A stretch of 64,000 bases of DNA from Candidatus Omnitrophota bacterium (lineage in GTDB: Bacteria; Omnitrophota; Gorgyraeia; Gygaellales; Profunditerraquicolaceae), in assembly GCA_041653115.1 (NCBI GenBank), contig JBAZGA010000004.1:4660-68659 (forward strand), in the 5' to 3' direction. The translations under genes and the position numbers were made by a program. The notes under the pieces are model-generated. The model was given only the letters and a program-made list of their open reading frames with translations. It had not been told where the DNA came from and did not search any database. Of the stretch, positions 21,679 through 30,430 are shown piece by piece; positions within the stretch are counted from its first letter, which is position 1; each line of letters starts with the position of its first letter.

Positions 21679-22602
21679 CTAATTGCTCATTAGGTCGTTA
21701 AAATCTTCGCTGGAATAGATAATCAACCTCGGCCTGCCTATGAGCGTGACCTTTTTTTCCAGCGCCGTATAAACTGCTTCGTCGCTATAAGTAATATTCT
21801 CGCCGCGCACGGTTTTCACATTGCCGCGGGCAATAATCCTGTCAATGCTGGTGCCCATCAAAAGCGGGTCTTTCCCGTCTTTGCCTGCTGCGCCTGAATT
21901 ATCTTTTTTGGCGGCGAAATAAACGTCCATCGTATCGCTGTAAATCTGGGAATCCACTCTCTCCACCTTGACATTATTCTTAAAGGTAGCGATATTCTTT
22001 TCGTAATCTATTTCTAACGGCCCGTCGCAGGTAATGATGGTGGCGTTCTCGGCGCTGGCAAGCTCTTCTTTTTCAGGCGCCTGAGGGCTGATCTTCACCG
22101 TTACCTCTTTCTCCAGGGCCATTTTATTCAGATTAGGCCTGCCCAGGGCGCCGCGGGCAGTCGTCTCCATCGTCTCTTTTTTTATATTCACGACGTCTTT
22201 GGTCGAAACAACTTCATTCGCCCTGTCCCAATCCAGGGAATCGGTGAGCAGCCTCCCTCCGGATGAGGTGGTAATCACTACGTTCTGCTCTACGTGTATC
22301 TTGCCGCTTTCTTTATCAAAATCACCCTTATCCGCCGTAAGCTTAACGTCCTCTTTTTCTCCGTACATATTACCGACGATATCCTTGAGCTTGATGATAT
22401 TGTCAAAGATATCCGCGGATTTACCTGAAAGATCCCAGGACTTTTTTCCTTTTTCTCCGAAGCCCGATAAGGAAAACTCGCTGATCTGCTGGTCGGCGTC
22501 GGCGGTATTTTCTGCCTGCTTCGGGGTTTTTTGTTCCCGGGCATAGACAAGAGAAGCAAAAAGGAAGACGAAAATAAAAGCAGTTATAAACCTCTTAGGC
22601 AT
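21679..22602 (-). CDS. LptC/LptA-family (OstA-like) LPS transport periplasmic protein
   Basis: 307 aa. N-terminal anchor/signal, then beta-jellyroll OstA-like repeats. Its position between kdsC and lptB matches the yrbK-yhbN arrangement. Confidence 0.6.
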   Translation of the reverse strand: MPKRFITAFIFVFLFASLVYAREQKTPKQAENTADADQQISEFSLSGFGEKGKKSWDLSGKSADIFDNIIKLKDIVGNMYGEKEDVKLTADKGDFDKESGKIHVEQNVVITTSSGGRLLTDSLDWDRANEVVSTKDVVNIKKETMETTARGALGRPNLNKMALEKEVTVKISPQAPEKEELASAENATIITCDGPLEIDYEKNIATFKNNVKVERVDSQIYSDTMDVYFAAKKDNSGAAGKDGKDPLLMGTSIDRIIARGNVKTVRGENITYSDEAVYTALEKKVTLIGRPRLIIYSSEDFNDLMSN

Positions 22603-23122
22603 CGTAAAGCCCTATGCACTCCTGCCATTTCCCCTGTGACTTCAGGATTAACTCAGCTACCTCGCGCACCGCGCCCCGGCCGCCGAGTTTCAAGGTGATG
22701 TAGGCGGCGGCTTGCTTGATTTCCGGGCAGGCGTTAAATACCGCGATGGGCAAACCCACCCTTTTCATCAGGCATAAATCCACTAAGTCATCCCCGACAA
22801 AACAGATTTCCTCGCGGCTGACCTTATACTTCTTCAATATTCTATCCAGGACGCTGCTTTTAGGGGAAACATCGGCAAAGACTTCCTCTACGCGCATATC
22901 TCTGGCGCGCGGTTTGAGCGTGCGCGAGCCCTTGGCGGTAATCAGCAGAGTCGGAATGCCGGATTTTTTCAGCAAATAAACCCCTAAGCCGTCATGCACG
23001 TCAAAGAACTTGGAATCCCGGCCGCGGGAATCATAGATGATCCGGCCGTCAGTAAGAACGCCGTCTACGTCCAAGAGCAGTAATTTGATTTTTTTCGCTT
23101 TCTCTAAGATACCTGCTTCCAT
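22595..23122 (-). CDS. kdsC: 3-deoxy-D-manno-octulosonate 8-phosphate phosphatase (HAD)
   Basis: 175 aa. LLLLDVDGVLTDGRIIY...FVGDDLVD motifs of KdsC. Confidence 0.88.
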   Translation of the reverse strand: MEAGILEKAKKIKLLLLDVDGVLTDGRIIYDSRGRDSKFFDVHDGLGVYLLKKSGIPTLLITAKGSRTLKPRARDMRVEEVFADVSPKSSVLDRILKKYKVSREEICFVGDDLVDLCLMKRVGLPIAVFNACPEIKQAAAYITLKLGGRGAVREVAELILKSQGKWQECIGLYDA

Positions 23123-23149
23123 AATTTTAGCCTAAAAGCCCAAAGAAAA

Positions 23150-23177
23150 ATAATACCATAACTACGGGGAAAATCAA
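23150..23177 (-). promoter_or_regulatory. sigma70-like promoter (-35 TTGATT, 16-nt spacer, -10 TATTAT) about 30 nt upstream of kdsC
   Basis: On the minus strand it reads TTGATT-N16-TATTAT. The same roughly 40-nt element recurs at 25712-25739 upstream of the 812-aa pilin-like gene. Confidence 0.5.
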
Positions 23178-23252
23178 GGGAATGTTTTCTAATTCTACGG
23201 GGGGGGCACTTACGGGATTGAGCGGTATAGGGTACGGGATTAAGCTGAAAAC

Positions 23253-25691
23253 TTAAAGAGGGCCGATAATATCTTCTCGGATATTCGGCGTAACGCCATT
23301 ATAATCATCATCAAAGCCGGAGGTTTTAGCGTCTGCATCGCCCCTGAAACCCATAGGATTAGCTGCTCTCGGCCCGCCGTAGGCGCCCATATCGCTGCGG
23401 GAGCTATCCGGATCCAAAATAGTAGGATTGCCGCCGTCAATGATGTATTCATTACCGGTTACTGCCAGATGATAAGCGGCATCTGCGTATACCGGGGCCT
23501 TCCTGATATTTCCCGGCGGCGTTGGCGGGTCGGGTGGCACTACTGGATAAGCCAAATCTCCTACGTCTGAGTAAGTAACCGTGGTATCGCTGCTCTTATC
23601 CAGGTTAGTAGTACTTGCCGGGGTAGGATTACCGTAACATATCGTATTGATGATATTAATTTTTCCGCTGGCATATGTTTGAGTATCTATCCCATCGCCG
23701 CTGCCGGAAACAGTATTTTGCGTAATTGTATTGTTAATAACGTTAAGCACCCCTGAACTGTAAACGCTGGCGTATATTCCGCCGGCGGAATTACTCGTAA
23801 TAATATTGTTAGAAACCATACTAGATGCGCCGCTGCCTGAACATCCGATAACGATTCCGGTCCATTGATTTTGGGTAATAATGTTATTGAACAAATCAAG
23901 AGAACCGTTATTTACAGTGTAAACCGCTGTGCCCGGGTTCATGCTGGTTACGGTATTATTGTAAAACCTGACTACGCCACCGCTATCATTATTCTGCACG
24001 CGTATCCCGCCTGTAGCCCCTTCAGTACCGCTGGTCTGGCCGTTATCTTTTAAAAAATTATTGGAAATATCGCAGCTGGAATCGCTGTCGATAGCGGTAT
24101 AGATTCCGCCGCCGTGTGAGCCAGAACTATTCCCGCTAATAATATTACTGGCAAGAGCGGCCTGACTTTCATTATTAAACATGGCAAGAATCCCGCCGCC
24201 TTCAGCGCTGGCGTTATTTTCTGCGATGATATTATTGAAAATGTCAACAACGGAGGAATCGCCGTAGGTATAAACGGCTATTCCGCCGCCCCTATAGCTT
24301 GTGCTGTTCCCGCTAATGAGGTTGTTGGCAATGTTAAGGTGGGAGTTATCGCGTACCTCGGCAGCACAGATCCCCCCGCCGCCCTCCTCTCCGCTAGTTG
24401 CTTCATTGCCGATAATGGAATTGTTGGTAATATTAATGCTAGAAGTATCTGACAGTTCGAGAGAAAGGCCGCCGCCGAGATAGGCGGAGTTTTTTTCTGC
24501 GGGAGTACTGCTTCCTATGCTATTCCCGGAAATGGTCAGGTTGGCGTCATTGCTGGCGATAGCGGTTATCGCGCCGCCATCGTATGCGGAGTTCCCTAAA
24601 AAGGTATTGCCGCTGATGACAAAACCAGATCCCTCGTAGGCGATAGCAAATATTCCGCCGCCCCGCTCAGAAAAATTTCCTGTAATAATATTATTGGAAA
24701 TGGTAAGGACCAGACCTGGAGAAAAAGCCCAGATTCCGCCGCCGATTCCGCCGCCAACACCCGAGGTATTATCTTTTATGCTATTATTGATAATGGTAAT
24801 AGGGCCTTGCATGGCCTGGGCAAAGATTCCGGCGCCGTTAGCTGACATACCGTTTTGTATGGTAAAGCCGTCTATAGCAGTATTACCGGTATAATTGTGG
24901 CTGGAAGTAATTACACTTCCTTGCCGGTTACCGTCAATAATCGTCTCATAATTAGAGTCGCCCAGATGCCTTGACCAGGTGATGTTGTCATAAGCGCCTT
25001 CCAGGGTCAGAGATTTATTGATGACAATACTCTCAACATAGGGTTGCTTATCGTTGGAAGAAACCTGGACGATATCGCTATTCGAGGCAGCGTCAATTGC
25101 TTCCTGAATGCCTGCGTAATAAGCCTTGATTGTCGTCCTTGAGGCATCTACTACTCTTACCAAACCGGCGCCCTTTGGGATACGGCAGAAGGCTAAGCTC
25201 TGCAGATAAGAGGACTTGTCAGCACGCTTATTGGGGTCTTGGGCTTCCAGGGTAATCCTGATGCCGCGGAAAATCTCAGCTGCGCCCAGACTTTCCAAGC
25301 CTTCCAGATTAAAGGTCTGGACATAGGGCAGGATAAGTTGAAAGTCGGCGGGCTGAGTAATATCCGGCCGGTAGCATAATTTTTTGTTTAAAGGATCAAT
25401 GGAATCCAGGTAATACTCGCTGGTGACTTCTGAGCCGGTAGGCGGCTTTTTAAAGAGCCGGAAAGAAGTGCCCGCTGCAGGGACAATTACGGAATTGGAT
25501 TCCTCGACCTCCCTGACCATCAGCTCCATCGCGTAAGAGGTACTCTGAAAGAGGAGAGCGCGGTAAATGCCCTTGTTGAACATCTGCAGCAAGCCGATCT
25601 GCATGGCATTTACACCCAGGACAATGGTGGCGATGATGGAGGTGGCGATCAGTAATTCGACGAGGGTAAGGGATTGCTTGGGCCTCTTCAT
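23253..25691 (-). CDS. type IV pilin-like (class III signal peptide) protein fused to a right-handed parallel beta-helix domain, paralog 1
   Basis: 812 aa. N-terminus MKRPKQS|LTLVELLIATSIIATIVLG (prepilin-type cleavage/methylation region, E at +5). The body is rich in NNIIxGN / GGGI beta-helix repeats. The C-terminal ~70 aa are shared with paralog 2. Confidence 0.75.
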   Translation of the reverse strand: MKRPKQSLTLVELLIATSIIATIVLGVNAMQIGLLQMFNKGIYRALLFQSTSYAMELMVREVEESNSVIVPAAGTSFRLFKKPPTGSEVTSEYYLDSIDPLNKKLCYRPDITQPADFQLILPYVQTFNLEGLESLGAAEIFRGIRITLEAQDPNKRADKSSYLQSLAFCRIPKGAGLVRVVDASRTTIKAYYAGIQEAIDAASNSDIVQVSSNDKQPYVESIVINKSLTLEGAYDNITWSRHLGDSNYETIIDGNRQGSVITSSHNYTGNTAIDGFTIQNGMSANGAGIFAQAMQGPITIINNSIKDNTSGVGGGIGGGIWAFSPGLVLTISNNIITGNFSERGGGIFAIAYEGSGFVISGNTFLGNSAYDGGAITAIASNDANLTISGNSIGSSTPAEKNSAYLGGGLSLELSDTSSINITNNSIIGNEATSGEEGGGGICAAEVRDNSHLNIANNLISGNSTSYRGGGIAVYTYGDSSVVDIFNNIIAENNASAEGGGILAMFNNESQAALASNIISGNSSGSHGGGIYTAIDSDSSCDISNNFLKDNGQTSGTEGATGGIRVQNNDSGGVVRFYNNTVTSMNPGTAVYTVNNGSLDLFNNIITQNQWTGIVIGCSGSGASSMVSNNIITSNSAGGIYASVYSSGVLNVINNTITQNTVSGSGDGIDTQTYASGKINIINTICYGNPTPASTTNLDKSSDTTVTYSDVGDLAYPVVPPDPPTPPGNIRKAPVYADAAYHLAVTGNEYIIDGGNPTILDPDSSRSDMGAYGGPRAANPMGFRGDADAKTSGFDDDYNGVTPNIREDIIGPL

Positions 25692-25711
25692 TTATCCCCT
25701 TTCCAACAAAA

Positions 25712-25739
25712 ATAATACCATAGCTATAGTGGAAATCAA
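25712..25739 (-). promoter_or_regulatory. sigma70-like promoter copy (-35 TTGATT, 16 nt, -10 TATTAT) upstream of pilin-like paralog 1
   Basis: Near-identical to the element at 23150-23177. Followed by the RBS AAAGGGGA and the ATG at 25691. Confidence 0.5.
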
Positions 25740-25780
25740 GGAATGTTTTGATTGACTGATGAACGGCAGGAAAGAATCTT

Positions 25781-27871
25781 TTAAAACGTACCGATGATAT
25801 CTTCCCGGTATGGCGTAGAGCCATCATCGGGGACGCCGGAATTAGGCAGGGTGCCTGTAAAACCTATGGTAGAAGTTGCTCCTGGCCCGCCATAGGCGCC
25901 CATGTCGCTACGGGAGCCGCCCGGGTCCAGGATAGCAGGATCGCCGCCGTCAATAATATATTCGTTACCGGTTGCTGCAAGATGATAAGCTGCATCTGCA
26001 TACACAGGAGCCTTATCAATATTTGTTTCCGGAGATACCGGCGGCACCGGATAACCTGTACCGCCGATGTCTGAATAGTTCTGAGAAAACACGCCTGAAC
26101 CTGTCGTAGAGATGCTATTAGCGGTATTATTATAATATATTGAATTGACTAAGGAAAAAGTGCTGCCGCTGCCAAGAGAAAGGTCTATTGCCGCTCCGCT
26201 ACCCGCTGAGTTTCCGGTAATGGTATTATTCGCCAGAAAAATAACAGCGTCATAGATATCGGCCTGAATTCCGCCAAACATACCCATGGAGACAGAATTG
26301 CTGGCGATAATGTTGTTGGTTATATGCATAGTATGTCCACTATAGTAAACGTAAGCCTTGATTCCGCCGGCCCTGCCAAAAGTACTATCAGAATGATTCT
26401 GGCTTATATCATTGTTGGCGATGTAGAAGGCAGTGCCTTGGCTGCGGGCATATATTCCGCCGCCGCCATCCCGGTTATTGCTATTTCCTCTTATACTATT
26501 GCTGGTGATGTAAAAAATGCCGTAGCTACAGGCAGCATATATTCCGCCGCCAGAGCCGGCATAAGAAATATTTTCTGTGATAAGATTGTTATTGATGCGA
26601 AAGTTACGAGTAGATCCGAAGGTGGTAGCGTATATTCCCCCGCCGCCAATATCGCTAGACTGAACATTATTTCTTATGGAATTATTGCTGATAACAACTT
26701 CAGCGCCGGAAGCCCGTATTCCGCCGCCAACATAACCTCTATTATCGTCTATAATATTATTGGTAATAAGCGCGGAAGAATCCGGCTCGAGACCAATACC
26801 TATTCCGCCGCCCTCAATATAATTATAAAAGATACCGCTCTTCTTCCCGTTCCCCGTTATGCTGTTGTTGGCGACTGTTAGGGTGACTGGCCCCTGGTCG
26901 GAATAATCAGCAAGATGAATTCCGCCGCCGGGATTTGCGGTAATAGTATTGTTGATGATGTTGAAAGAACCGCCTCCTCTGGGCGCAATACGGATTCCGC
27001 CATCACCGCTATTGACAGAGCTGAGGGACATCCCCCCATTTGTAATGATAAAGCTGTCTATGCTCACAGTTAAACCGGAGCCCTGGCAGTTAATTACAGT
27101 TCCGTCATCCTGGCCGTCGACGGTAGTATAAGTATTCACGCGGTCTTGAATATTAAAATTCGTATCGTAGCCTCCTTTGAGGGTAAGGGATTTGTTAACC
27201 GTAACGTTTTCCCTGAAAGTCCCGTCAAAGATACCGGAATTATTGCCCATACAGCGCACTTCATCGCCGGAAGACGCAGCGTCCACGGCATCCTGGATAG
27301 TACTGTAATAAGCCTTGATGGTGCCGCCGGAATCCCGTAATTGCACGAGATTACCGGCATTCTTGGGGATCCGGCAGAAAGCCAGGCTCTGCAGGTAAGA
27401 AGATTTATCCGTGCGTTTGTTAGGGTCTTCTGCTTCCAGGGTAATCCTGATGCCGCGGAAGGTATTAGGCGTGCCTAAGGCTTCTAGGCCCTCCGGCGTA
27501 AAGGCCTTGACATAGGGAAGGATGACTTGGAAATCGGCAGGTTGAGTAATATCTGCTCGGTAGCATAACTTCTTGTTCAAAGGGTCTGTGGAATCCAGGT
27601 AATACTCGCTGGTTTTTCCGGAATCGGTATTGACCAACTGGAAATAAGTTGCTCCTGTAGTGATGATTACGGAATTAGACTCCTCAACCTCTCTGACCAT
27701 CAGCTCCATCGCGTAAGAGGTGCTCTGGAAGAGGAGAGCGCGGTAAATGCCCTTGTTGAACATCTGCAGCAAGCCGATCTGCATGGCATTTACACCCAGG
27801 ACAATGGTGGCGATGATGGAGATGGCGATCAGTAATTCGACGAGGGTAAGGGATTGCTTGGTGGGTTTCAT
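25781..27871 (-). CDS. type IV pilin-like protein fused to a parallel beta-helix domain, paralog 2
   Basis: 696 aa. First ~230 aa about 85% identical to paralog 1 (MKPTKQSLTLVELLIAISIIATIVLG...). Divergent beta-helix repeat body; shared C-terminus KAPVYADAAYHLAATGNEYIIDGG...SRSDMGAYGGP. Confidence 0.75.
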   Translation of the reverse strand: MKPTKQSLTLVELLIAISIIATIVLGVNAMQIGLLQMFNKGIYRALLFQSTSYAMELMVREVEESNSVIITTGATYFQLVNTDSGKTSEYYLDSTDPLNKKLCYRADITQPADFQVILPYVKAFTPEGLEALGTPNTFRGIRITLEAEDPNKRTDKSSYLQSLAFCRIPKNAGNLVQLRDSGGTIKAYYSTIQDAVDAASSGDEVRCMGNNSGIFDGTFRENVTVNKSLTLKGGYDTNFNIQDRVNTYTTVDGQDDGTVINCQGSGLTVSIDSFIITNGGMSLSSVNSGDGGIRIAPRGGGSFNIINNTITANPGGGIHLADYSDQGPVTLTVANNSITGNGKKSGIFYNYIEGGGIGIGLEPDSSALITNNIIDDNRGYVGGGIRASGAEVVISNNSIRNNVQSSDIGGGGIYATTFGSTRNFRINNNLITENISYAGSGGGIYAACSYGIFYITSNSIRGNSNNRDGGGGIYARSQGTAFYIANNDISQNHSDSTFGRAGGIKAYVYYSGHTMHITNNIIASNSVSMGMFGGIQADIYDAVIFLANNTITGNSAGSGAAIDLSLGSGSTFSLVNSIYYNNTANSISTTGSGVFSQNYSDIGGTGYPVPPVSPETNIDKAPVYADAAYHLAATGNEYIIDGGDPAILDPGGSRSDMGAYGGPGATSTIGFTGTLPNSGVPDDGSTPYREDIIGTF

Positions 27872-28272
27872 GGCTGGATAACCAGGCCGAACAGCTGCTC
27901 CTGCTCTGCTCTTCCGTTACTCTCGGTCCAGCCGGTAGTAACGGTTATCTTTTTCCCTTCTGTAATTTGCTCTACGGTATATGAACGGCTGGCGCCGAAA
28001 ATATCTTTCAAATCGCAACTTGGCAGCGGAGAAATAGACTCTGCGGAATAAGGACCTCCCACATTCAATAAGGCATCGTCATAAGGCGTAATCAAAAGCG
28101 TCTCTAAGATTTCGCGGTCAAAACTCTGCGCCTGTAAACGGCGATGCGTAGTTTCGTTCCTGTTCTTGACATAAATAAAGCCGGCGGATAAAGCCAATAC
28201 GCCGACAGCGACAATGCTCACCGCGACGATTACCTCCAAGATGGTAAATGCTTTTAATTTATGTATACCCAT
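27868..28272 (-). CDS. type IV pilin/pseudopilin-like minor pilin
   Basis: 134 aa. LKAFTILEVIVAVSIVAVGVLAL N-terminal methylation-type helix; ATGA overlap with the downstream gene. Confidence 0.75.
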   Translation of the reverse strand: MGIHKLKAFTILEVIVAVSIVAVGVLALSAGFIYVKNRNETTHRRLQAQSFDREILETLLITPYDDALLNVGGPYSAESISPLPSCDLKDIFGASRSYTVEQITEGKKITVTTGWTESNGRAEQEQLFGLVIQP

Positions 28273-28646
28273 TCTATGATTTGGGCTGTGGAGCCGGCTT
28301 TCCTGACTGTCGCCTGAATTTTTTTATCCGCGGCTTCGTAAGTGCACACGGAAAGCACGCTGTATTCATCGGCGGCAACGGAAGAGATGGTAATCGCTAT
28401 ATTCTCCCCTTCTCCGGCGAGGATCCAGCCTGTCTCGCTGTCAAAATTATCATTCTTTATTTTATATACCCCCTTCTGTATCCCGGCTTCGGCAAAATAA
28501 AAGGCCTTCGTGCGATTGAGAGTATAATAACTTAAAAAGGTATTGCTAAGTGTAAATTTTATCCCGATAGCGATTAAAACAATCAAAAGCAGGATTATCG
28601 CCAGCACAATCATTAACGCAACTGCCTTAGAATTTAAACGCGTCAT
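28254..28646 (-). CDS. PilX-N-like minor pilin/pilus assembly protein
   Basis: 130 aa. TM helix followed by KAFYFAEAGIQ, resembling the PilX N-terminal domain motif. Overlaps kdsD by 4 nt. Confidence 0.6.
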   Translation of the reverse strand: MTRLNSKAVALMIVLAIILLLIVLIAIGIKFTLSNTFLSYYTLNRTKAFYFAEAGIQKGVYKIKNDNFDSETGWILAGEGENIAITISSVAADEYSVLSVCTYEAADKKIQATVRKAGSTAQIIEWVYIN

Positions 28647-29608
28647 ACCAACCCTGCCTTTAATAAATCCTGCACATCCAAAAGCCCGACCGGCCGCCTC
28701 TTTTTATCCACCACCGGCAATTCATCGATTTTCTTTTCGCGTAAAATCCTTAAGGCTTCTGCCGCCAGCATCTCCTCCCCGACTACAGTTGGCCGATACG
28801 TCATTGCCAGCTTTACCTTACGCTGGGAAAGGTTAGGGTCGCTTTCCAGGTGCCGGCGCAGGTCACCGTCGGTAAAAATCCCCACTAATTTGCCTTTCCT
28901 GTCCACTACCGAGGCGCTGCCGCAGCGCGCTTGGGTAATTTTTACCAATACCTCGGAAATTTTTTTATTCTCTCCCACTACCGGATTGTTTGCGCCGCTG
29001 CGCATAATATCCTTAACCTTTAAAAGCAGCCTTTTTCCCAGCAATCCGCCGGGATGATAAAAAGCGAAGTCTTTTTCCTTAAATCCCTTCGATTCCAGCA
29101 GGCAGACTGCCAGCGCGTCGGCCATCGCCAGGGTAGCTGTGGTGGAAGCGGTAGGAGCCAGTCCCAGAGGGCAAGCTTCTTTTTTTACTGAAACATCCAA
29201 CGCCACATCGCTATATTTGGCTAAAAGCGAATTTAAACTGCCGGTAAGGGCGATAATTTTTGCGCCGATTTTCTTTAAGAGCGGCAGGAGCTCTTTCATC
29301 TCCTGGTTTGCGCCGCTATTGGAAAGAATAATCACCGTGTCATCTGCGGTAACCTTGCCCAAATCCCCGTGGATTGCCTCAGCCGTATGCAGGAAGAGGC
29401 TCGGCGTGCCGGTGGAAGCAAGTGTCGCGGAGAACTTCTGGGCGATAATCCCGGTCTTGCCCATGCCGCTGACTACCACCCTGCCCTTGGTCTTTAGAAT
29501 TATGTCCAGGGCCTTTTGAAAACTCTTTCCCAGGCGCGGCTTTAAACCTCTGATTGCTTCCGATTCAATATCCAAAACCTCTTTTGCGCGTTTAAGCGTA
29601 TTCATCAT
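28643..29608 (-). CDS. kdsD: arabinose-5-phosphate isomerase (SIS plus tandem CBS)
   Basis: 321 aa. SIS motif VVVSGMGKTGIIAQK, followed by a CBS pair. Confidence 0.88.
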   Translation of the reverse strand: MMNTLKRAKEVLDIESEAIRGLKPRLGKSFQKALDIILKTKGRVVVSGMGKTGIIAQKFSATLASTGTPSLFLHTAEAIHGDLGKVTADDTVIILSNSGANQEMKELLPLLKKIGAKIIALTGSLNSLLAKYSDVALDVSVKKEACPLGLAPTASTTATLAMADALAVCLLESKGFKEKDFAFYHPGGLLGKRLLLKVKDIMRSGANNPVVGENKKISEVLVKITQARCGSASVVDRKGKLVGIFTDGDLRRHLESDPNLSQRKVKLAMTYRPTVVGEEMLAAEALRILREKKIDELPVVDKKRRPVGLLDVQDLLKAGLV

Positions 29609-30411
29609 CGTGCCATCTCTATTTTTTTAACCTGCTTTAAAAGCTTTTCTAATTCTTCCAGGCTAATCATATTCATGGCATCGCAGAGCGCCTTATCGGG
29701 CGCAGGATGCACTTCTAAAAAGAGCCCGTCGCAGCCAAAGGCGACTGCGGCGCGCGAAAGCCCGGAAACAAATTCGCGCTGGCCTCCGGAACTGGCGCCT
29801 TTTCCTCCGGGAAGCTGCACGCTGTGCGTGGCATCGTAAATTACCGGATACCCGGAGTCGCGCATAATCTTCAGGCTGCGGAAATCAGAAACCAGGTTAT
29901 TATAGCCGAAACATACCCCGCGCTCGGTAAGCAGGATTTTCTTGTTACCCGCGGATTCAATCTTGCGGATAATCGGCAGAATATCCCAGGGCGCCAGGAA
30001 CTGCCCTTTCTTAATGTTGATTACGCGGCCGGTTCTGGCAGCCGCCACCACAATATCGGTCTGCCGGCACAAAAATGCCGGGATTTGGATAATATCCAAA
30101 ACTTCAGCCGCCGGCTGGATTTCCCGCTGGCAGTGGATATCGCTTAAAATCGGGATTTTCAACTCTTTTTTTATCCGCTTTAATACCGCCAAGCCCTTTT
30201 TTAATCCGGGGCCGCGGAAAGAATCAACAGAAAGGCGGTTAGCCTTGTCAAAACTGGCCTTAAAAATAAAGGGGATGTTTAATTTTTGCGCAATTGCCTT
30301 AAGCCTCTTTGCCGCTTCAAAACAGGCCTTCTCGGATTCGATTACGCAGGGCCCGGCAATCAAGACCAGCTTATTACCGCCGCCTATTTTAATCTTACCT
30401 ACTCTTACCAT
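29605..30411 (-). CDS. kdsA: 2-dehydro-3-deoxyphosphooctonate aldolase (Kdo8P synthase)
   Basis: 268 aa with IAGPCVIES, FKASFDKANR and PAFLCRQTD motifs. Confidence 0.92.
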   Translation of the reverse strand: MVRVGKIKIGGGNKLVLIAGPCVIESEKACFEAAKRLKAIAQKLNIPFIFKASFDKANRLSVDSFRGPGLKKGLAVLKRIKKELKIPILSDIHCQREIQPAAEVLDIIQIPAFLCRQTDIVVAAARTGRVINIKKGQFLAPWDILPIIRKIESAGNKKILLTERGVCFGYNNLVSDFRSLKIMRDSGYPVIYDATHSVQLPGGKGASSGGQREFVSGLSRAAVAFGCDGLFLEVHPAPDKALCDAMNMISLEELEKLLKQVKKIEMAR

Positions 30412-30430
30412 CTTTTGCGCCTTTCGCAGG

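Noticed and set aside
26324-26881. 185-aa plus-strand ORF inside the 696-aa pilin-like beta-helix gene. Similar plus-strand ORFs occur at 23865-24053 and 24301-24483 inside paralog 1.
   Set aside because: They lie antisense to a strongly supported CDS within a repetitive Gly/Asn-rich region. Such mirror ORFs arise by chance in repeat-rich GC-balanced sequence, and they have no RBS or start context.
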